64,000 nt of DNA, from NCBI GenBank assembly GCA_043228905.1, contig JBHGNT010000023.1, forward strand, positions 434,001 through 498,000, in the 5' to 3' direction. Within the stretch, counting starts at the first letter, position 1. Each line of letters starts with the position of its first letter. The translations under genes were made by a program, and so were the position numbers. Of the stretch, positions 62,873-64,000 are shown piece after piece. A model generated the notes under the pieces. The model saw only the letters and a list, made by a program, of their open reading frames with translations. It was not told the origin of the DNA and did not search any database. The stretch comes from Azolla caroliniana. Its lineage: Eukaryota; Plantae; Polypodiophyta.

Positions 62873-64000
62873 TTGGGTCGAGAGACATCAAGAAATTAGT
62901 AAATTACATGAGGGAGTTGAGAAGAGCGCGTGAGTAAATTAAAATGTTCATAGCTGGCTCGTGTGATATCGGATTTTAGTCTTCAAACATGCGAATCAAA
63001 GCTAACAACACTAGCTATGATAAGGAATGAAAAAATCAAGATTTTTAAACTCAGGTCGAGAGACATGAAGAAATTAGTAAATTAGAGGAGGGTGTTGACA
63101 AGAGCGCATGAGTAAATTAAAATGTTCATACCTGGCTCTTGTGATATCGAATTTTTGTGTTCAAAGATACCAATCGAAGCTAACAACACTAGCTATGATA
63201 TGGAATTAAAAAATCAAAATTTCGAAACTTGGGTCGAGAGACATGAAGAAATTAGTAAATTAGGGGAGGGAGTTGAGAAGAGCGCGTGAGTAAATTAAAA
63301 TGTTCATAGCTGGCTCGTGTGATATCGGATTTTAGTCTTCAAACATGCGAATCAAAGCTAACAACACTAGCTATGATATGGAATGAAAAAATCAAGATTT
63401 TGAAACTCAGGTCGAGAGACATGAAGAAATTAGTAACTTAGAGGAGGGTGTTGACAAGAGCGCATGAGTAAATTAAAATGTTCATACCTGGCTCTTGTGA
63501 TATCGAATTTTAGTGTTCAAAGATGCCAATCGAAGCTAACAACACTACCTATGATATGGAATTAAAAAATCAAGATTTCGAAACTTGGGTCGAGAGACAT
63601 GAAGAAATTAGTAAATTAGGGGAGGGAGTTTAGAAGAGCGCTTGAGTAAATTAAAATGTTCATAGCTGGCTCGTGTGATATCGGATTTTTATGTTCAAAC
63701 ATGCGAATCGAAGCTAACAACACTAGCTATGATAAGGAATGAAAAAATCAAGATTTTGAAACGCAGGTCGTGAGACATGAAGATATTAGTAAATTAGAGG
63801 AGGGAGTTGAGAAGAGCGCGTGAGTAAATTAAAATGTTCATAGCTGGCTCGTGTGATCCCGGATTTTTATGTTCGAAGATGCGAATCGAAGCTAACAACA
63901 CTACGTATGATATGGAATGAAAAAATCGAGATTTTGAAACTCAGGTCGAGAGACATCAAGAAATTGGTAAATTACATGAGGGAGTTGAGAAGAGCGCGTG

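Larger units (their letters stand above)
1..64000 (+). repeat. 178-bp tandem satellite array (about 360 monomers, head-to-tail, uninterrupted), probably plant centromeric or subtelomeric satellite
   Basis: The same motifs (GAGTAAATTAAAATGTTCAT, AAAAAATCAAGATTTT, GTCGAGAGACATGAAGAAATTAG) recur every 178 nt from first to last base. The monomer counted by hand is 178 nt. Plant origin is inferred from the embedded TTTAGGG repeats. Confidence 0.98.

Noticed and set aside
1-64000. CRISPR-like array
   Set aside because: There are no unique spacers; the entire 178-bp unit is repeated and no cas genes are present.
1-64000. Identity with Arabidopsis thaliana CEN178/CEN180
   Set aside because: The length is the same, but the sequence does not match the CEN178 consensus as I recall it. 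About 178 bp is a common nucleosome-sized monomer length. A BLAST or PlantSat search is needed to name the family and species.
1-64000. Transposon or retroelement insertion, inversion, rDNA or tRNA
   Set aside because: No non-satellite segment longer than 24 nt and no reverse-orientation monomer was seen.

Overview
The whole 64 kb window is a single head-to-tail satellite DNA array of about 360 copies of a 178-bp AT-rich monomer (consensus GAGTAAATTAAAATGTTCATAGCTGGCTCGTGTGATATCGGATTTTTGTGTTCAAACATGCGAATCGAAGCTAACAACACTAGCTATGATATGGAATTAAAAAATCAAGATTTTGAAACTCAGGTCGAGAGACATGAAGAAATTAGTAAATTAGGGGAGGGAGTTGAGAAGAGCGCGT), all in one orientation. It is most likely a plant centromeric or subtelomeric satellite. 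I see no genes, transposons or inversions, and the six ORFs are satellite artefacts. The main anomaly is 17 monomers carrying a 24-nt plant telomere tract, (GGGTTTA)3GGG, that replaces native sequence. These descend from two independent events (type A, 3 copies, 3.7-9.9 kb; type B, 14 copies, 36.9-62.9 kb). Both have junction microhomology consistent with telomerase-type healing of breaks inside the satellite, followed by amplification in higher-order repeats (HORs). Other repair scars are present (two different -42 bp deletions, one -44 bp deletion, a 10-for-10 templated patch). The array also shows nested HORs (6-, 7-, 9-, 13-, 16-, 21-mers) and a switch in variant set at about 26 kb. All counts and periods were read by eye from the coordinates.
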